DNA of 64,000 nt from an uncultured Candidatus Saccharibacteria bacterium (GTDB lineage: Bacteria; Patescibacteriota; Saccharimonadia; Saccharimonadales; Saccharimonadaceae): NCBI GenBank assembly GCA_938046775.1, contig CALIXB010000026.1, positions 6,876 to 70,875 on the forward strand, read 5' to 3'. Position 1 is the stretch's first letter, and the number at the start of each line of letters is the position of its first letter. Made by a program: the position numbers and the translations under genes. Below the pieces are notes generated by a model that was not told the DNA's origin, did no database searches, and saw only the letters and a program-made list of their open reading frames with translations. Positions 60,025-64,000 of the stretch are shown here, piece by piece.

Positions 60025-60102
60025 ATACAGCCTTTCGGAAATCCGATTGGCCATAACAAAAATATAAAGAGCTTTCTCCGCCTGGAAGCGGTGAACTTCT
60101 GT

Positions 60103-60131
60103 ATTCTACCACATAAAATATGGCCAATCAA
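60103..60131 (-). promoter_or_regulatory. Sigma70-type promoter for tRNA-Arg transcript
   Basis: TTGATT-17 nt-TAGAAT with TG extension. Confidence 0.6.
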
Positions 60132-60132
60132 G

Positions 60133-60651
60133 CTATAGCTTTATTAAGCGAATGAGCTTTTCTAGAGCGTCTGGTTTAATTTCTTGCATTGGTAGGCGTG
60201 CACCTAACATATCGACTATCTTCTCACCTTCCGCTTCAGAAAAATAGATAGTTAGTCCTGGGGAAAAACGCTTAACTGGTAATAATATGATGGAGTGCTG
60301 GTTGTTCTCACTTGACAATCCAAATGAACGAAATTCACTGAAATCATGTAAAACGTCAGCAATATAAACACCCTTTGGGCTAATTGCATAATTAATAATC
60401 TGAGGATTTTTGTTTGATAGGGTAAATAAGGCCACTGCCATAATAGGTAGCAAGGCAGCAAAAGTCCAGTTCTTAAATACTAGAATAGCTAAAGCCATTA
60501 GCCCAACTAGGATAATCGCAAATATTACGTACCAAATTTTTCCACGCTGAACTTGCACTCCTTCTGGGGCGTTCCAGGCAATTGGTTCAGTTAGATCAAG
60601 TCTATCTGATGAGGTTGGTTCGAATCCCTGTTGTTCTGGATTATCATTCAT
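60133..60651 (-). CDS. Conserved hypothetical two-TM protein with soluble C-domain
   Basis: W.APE....R...WY, two TMs, YAISPKGV. Confidence 0.65.
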   Translation of the reverse strand: MNDNPEQQGFEPTSSDRLDLTEPIAWNAPEGVQVQRGKIWYVIFAIILVGLMALAILVFKNWTFAALLPIMAVALFTLSNKNPQIINYAISPKGVYIADVLHDFSEFRSFGLSSENNQHSIILLPVKRFSPGLTIYFSEAEGEKIVDMLGARLPMQEIKPDALEKLIRLIKL

Positions 60652-60686
60652 GCTGTTAGTATATCACGGCAAGAATAAGTGAACAA

Positions 60687-61094
60687 TTAAACGTTAGTGG
60701 TTGAACCGCCACTTAATGCTGCACCAAGGATAAAGTTAATGATAGCATAAGCAAAAACTGCGACTAACAGACCAACGATTGCATATAAAATGGTGTTTTT
60801 AGCGTTTGTGACTGATTCTTTCTTGCCACCAGAGATGACATAGCGAAAACCGCCAAAAATTAGCATAACAACACTTAATACGCCGACTGCAAATAGCATA
60901 ATATTTATAGCACGCTTTATGATTGATGAATCGCCATTAACTAGATTAGATGGGGTATTATCTCCCCGGGCTGCACCAATACCAGCCGAAGCACCACCTT
61001 CGCCAAGAGCAGATGCTGGTGTGGCTACTAGGGCTATTCCTAGTCCAATCGTAAGTAATGCCGTGACAATCTTAGAAATATATCCTTGTATCAT
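60687..61094 (-). CDS. TrbC/VirB2-like pilin 7 (orphan)
   Basis: GGFRYVISGGKKESVTNAKNTILYAIVGL; start moved to 61094. Confidence 0.8.
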   Translation of the reverse strand: MIQGYISKIVTALLTIGLGIALVATPASALGEGGASAGIGAARGDNTPSNLVNGDSSIIKRAINIMLFAVGVLSVVMLIFGGFRYVISGGKKESVTNAKNTILYAIVGLLVAVFAYAIINFILGAALSGGSTTNV

Positions 61095-61166
61095 AATTAC
61101 ATTATACCTCATTTATCATAAAGCTGTTAATTATTACACTTATATGATACACTAAATAGTGAATTT

Positions 61167-61259
61167 GGAGGAGTACCCAAGTGGCTGAAGGGGACGGTTT
61201 GCTAAATCGTTAGTACGGAGAGATCTGTAGCGGGAGTTCGAATCTCCCCTCCTCCGCCA
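61167..61259 (+). tRNA. tRNA-Ser(GCT)
   Basis: GGAGGAG...ACGGT TTGCTAA ATCGT, long variable arm, GCCA. Confidence 0.95.
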
Positions 61260-61269
61260 AATCAAGCCT

Positions 61270-61359
61270 GGAAGGGTGACCGAGTGGTTGAAGGTACCGG
61301 TCTTGAAAACCGGCGTGCGGTAAAACGTACCGAGGGTTCGAATCCCTCCCCTTCCGCCA
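61270..61359 (+). tRNA. tRNA-Ser(TGA)
   Basis: GGAAGGG...CCGGT CTTGAAA ACCGG, long variable arm, GCCA. Confidence 0.95.
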
Positions 61360-61372
61360 AGATGGTAAGGTG

Positions 61373-61403
61373 AAATGTTCGCCAAAACGAGGCGAATATT
61401 TTT
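61373..61403 (+). terminator. Terminator after tRNA-Ser pair
   Basis: AAATGTTCGCC..GGCGAATATTT followed by T run. Confidence 0.7.
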
Positions 61404-61493
61404 ATGTAGCGAAATATACTTGACAAAAAACAAAGCTTATGCTAACATAATAACCAGTATTCTAAAAAATAGATACAAAAAAGAAAGAATAAA

Positions 61494-61835
61494 ATGAATT
61501 TAGTGCAACAGTTTTTTACTGCTACAGCTATGCTAGTGAGCTTAAACGTAGCGTTTAGTATATTTATCCATGATACTAACATTGATAAGGCATTTTTATC
61601 ATCTTGGAAAATGTATAGTGCTCATGGTGAGGTTGAGAGTGACGGAAAAATGCCGGAAACTAATCAGCACACCCATCCAGAGCATTCAGAGCTGTCTAAT
61701 GTATTGAAGGAGAGCTCGGCGCGTCCACGAACCACGCCTCGTAACAACGATAAAAAGCGACTGCGTCAAAAATATGCTGCTCGTGGACAACATACTTTTG
61801 ATGGATATCACCTTGATCTCGACACTATAGGCTAG
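61494..61835 (+). CDS. Hypothetical protein with N-terminal TM, HTHPEH motif and basic C-terminus
   Basis: ORF with own promoter (TTGACA 61420-17 nt-TAACAT 61443). Confidence 0.6.
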   Translation: MNLVQQFFTATAMLVSLNVAFSIFIHDTNIDKAFLSSWKMYSAHGEVESDGKMPETNQHTHPEHSELSNVLKESSARPRTTPRNNDKKRLRQKYAARGQHTFDGYHLDLDTIG

Positions 61836-61836
61836 A

Positions 61837-64000
61837 CTATTTCAAGCTAATTACTTCTAATTCTGAAACCAGTCGAGTAATGATTTTTTCCTGCTCGGCT
61901 AATTGTTCGCGAGTTTCTTCAACAAGGTGCGTTGGGGCTTTCTCGATATAGGTTGGGTTGTCTAGTCGTTTCTGTAATCCTGACAATTTTTGGCGTGCTT
62001 CCGCTAATCTAACCTCAAGATTTTCCTGATGCTGATATAGAGTTTCACTATCAATATCCAGCCACGCTTCCCTGTTTGCCGCAGCTAAACGAAGGCCACG
62101 CGGTTGATCTGTATGTTCGACTGACTCGAGTCGCATCAGATGCTTAATAGTGTCCTGATTATCAGAAATTAGACTATCATTGCCATATAACAATCGATAT
62201 TTTTTATTACCTGGCAATTCAGCAATCACCCAGCGACCCTCGGTGACTAGTGTCTTTAGCTGCTCGAATTGTTCAGCGGCAATTGGGTCAAATTTTTCTG
62301 GAGTCGGCCAAGTCTCGTGCATTAAGATTCCGTCAGTATAGTTAAGGGTTTGCCAAATTGTTTCCGTAACAAACGGCGCAAACGGGTGTGCAATTTTTAG
62401 AGAAGTCGCCAGTACCCATGATAGCAGCGGGCGGTTAATTGAAGTCTTAGATGATTCGATGTACCAGTCGGCTACGTCGTCCCAAATGGTATGGTAAACC
62501 GTTTCTGACGCTTCAGAAAAACGATATTGCTCTAATCGAACAGCCACGTTGTTAGCGGCGTCATTTAATTGACGAATAATCCAGTGGTCGGCCAGAGTTT
62601 GTGGCTCTAAATCGACAATTTGATGATTATCGCCAATTTGCGCCTCAACAAATCGGGCGATATTCCAGAGTTTATTACAGAAATTGCGCGCAGCAATAAC
62701 CGAACCTTTATTAAAGGCCTGATGTTGGGCTGGAGCGCGACCAGCGATGATTCCCATCCTAGTGGCATCTGAACCAAATTCAGCCACCAACTCCATTGGG
62801 TTAATAACGTTGCCTTTGGACTTGGACATTTTTTGATTATGCTCATCATTAACCATGCCGTGTAGATAAACCTCTTTGAAAGGTAGTTTACCTGTACGAT
62901 ATAGACTCAACATAATCATTCGTGCCACCCAAGCGCGCATAATATCCATGCCGGTCTCCATCAGGCTGGTTGGGAAATATTTGGCTAATTCCCCGCCGCT
63001 TAAATAGTCAGTTACTACATATGGCCATTGACCGGATGAGAACCAGGTGTCGAAGGTGTCTTCTTCTCTAATATATGTTGTGTTATTCACAACAATCTTC
63101 TGTTCATTAGTACGAGTGTCGAATATCCAATCTTTAGGATTATTTTCATTAACAAATGCTGGAATTGGAATTCCCCACGGGATTTGACGCGAGATATTCC
63201 AGTCTTTTAGCTGTTTGAGGTATGCGATAAGCTCGCGACATTTAGAGGCGGGATAAAAAGTAACTTCTCCCCTTTCAAGCGCATCAATTGCTGGTTTGGC
63301 TAAAGGTTCCATTTTAATAAACCATTGCTCCTTAACCATTGGTTCAATAACGCTACCACATTTATAACAATGACCGACAGCGTGCTCAATATTGCTTTCA
63401 CCGCGGCGTAATTCCAGTGCGTCTAGGGCTTCTAAAACTCGGATACGGGCTTCTTCTGGGGTTAACCCTAAGAATTGTGCAGGAACATTTATCATCTTGC
63501 CTGCTTGGCTAATGATTGACTCTAAAGGCAAATCGTGTCGTTTGGCAATTTCAAAATCGTTTGGATCGTGGGCTGGAGTAATTTTAACGGCGCCAGTGCC
63601 ATAACTCATATCAACGTATTCGTCTGCAATAATTGGAATTTCTTTATCAACAATCGGTAGTAAAATGCGCGTACCAACTAGGTGCTTGTATCTTTCGTCA
63701 TCTGGGTGTACTGCTACCGCTACGTCACCAAGCATAGTTTCGGGACGAGTGGTAGCCACGATAATCTCGCCAATTTTGTCCAATGTTGGGTAAGCTATTT
63801 GCCACAACTTCCCCTTTTCATTCTTATGTTCTACTTCAATATCAGCGAAACTGGTTTGGTGTTTAGTGCAGTAATTAACGATGCGCTCACCTCTGTAGAT
63901 TAGATCATCATCCCACATCTTTTTGAAGGTGTCATATACAGTGCTAATAACTTTATCATCCAAGGTAAAAGTTAGATGTCTCCAAGAAGCACTAATACCT
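61837..64000 (-). CDS. valS: Valine--tRNA ligase (5' end outside window)
   Basis: ATTRPET, GTGAVKITPAHD, DWNISRQ, DTFDTWFSS, KMSKS, C-terminal coiled coil. Confidence 0.95.
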   Translation of the reverse strand, partial: GISASWRHLTFTLDDKVISTVYDTFKKMWDDDLIYRGERIVNYCTKHQTSFADIEVEHKNEKGKLWQIAYPTLDKIGEIIVATTRPETMLGDVAVAVHPDDERYKHLVGTRILLPIVDKEIPIIADEYVDMSYGTGAVKITPAHDPNDFEIAKRHDLPLESIISQAGKMINVPAQFLGLTPEEARIRVLEALDALELRRGESNIEHAVGHCYKCGSVIEPMVKEQWFIKMEPLAKPAIDALERGEVTFYPASKCRELIAYLKQLKDWNISRQIPWGIPIPAFVNENNPKDWIFDTRTNEQKIVVNNTTYIREEDTFDTWFSSGQWPYVVTDYLSGGELAKYFPTSLMETGMDIMRAWVARMIMLSLYRTGKLPFKEVYLHGMVNDEHNQKMSKSKGNVINPMELVAEFGSDATRMGIIAGRAPAQHQAFNKGSVIAARNFCNKLWNIARFVEAQIGDNHQIVDLEPQTLADHWIIRQLNDAANNVAVRLEQYRFSEASETVYHTIWDDVADWYIESSKTSINRPLLSWVLATSLKIAHPFAPFVTETIWQTLNYTDGILMHETWPTPEKFDPIAAEQFEQLKTLVTEGRWVIAELPGNKKYRLLYGNDSLISDNQDTIKHLMRLESVEHTDQPRGLRLAAANREAWLDIDSETLYQHQENLEVRLAEARQKLSGLQKRLDNPTYIEKAPTHLVEETREQLAEQEKIITRLVSELEVISLK

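Noticed and set aside
60025..60131. SRP RNA or other known ncRNA
   Set aside because: No SRP domain-IV motif recognised; kept only as an unexplained structured leader
55269..61433. ORF-track entries 55269-55586, 59947-60138 and 61152-61433
   Set aside because: They overlap tRNA genes on the opposite strand and are spurious translations

Overview
This is a chromosomal window spanning the replication origin of a small-genome, low-GC bacterium. Gene content (TrbC/VirB2-like pilin array, VirB4/PrgI locus, minimal rpmH-rnpA-yidC-jag block, tRNA-Arg(GCG)) best fits Saccharibacteria (TM7, Patescibacteria/CPR); that assignment is inferred. From left to right: two kinases, a surface-anchored GH16/LRR protein, tRNA-Asn and a short LexA-like regulator (1-3.7 kb). 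A ~30 kb cell-surface glycan locus follows (3.7-34 kb), with a priming transferase, O-antigen-ligase-like protein, GT2/GT4s, rmlBCD..A, wzm/wzt, a WsaF-like transferase, two GtrA/GtrB-like modules and an amino-sugar/ATP-grasp cassette. Next come jag-yidC-rnpA-rpmH, oriC, dnaA and dnaN (34-38.9 kb). After these is a ~19 kb relaxase-less type IV secretion-like locus with two wall hydrolases, two VirB6-like paralogues and six tandem pilins (38.8-57.8 kb). The window ends with hsp20, comF, rlmH, four more tRNAs, a seventh pilin and the 3' part of valS. Notable signals are pervasive -10 boxes 6-9 nt upstream of ATG (leaderless/bidirectional promoters), a Bacillus-like oriC unwinding module, a decayed insert between rmlD and rmlA, and an exact 35-bp repeat between two pilin genes. 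All family assignments come from motif recognition by eye, with no database searches.
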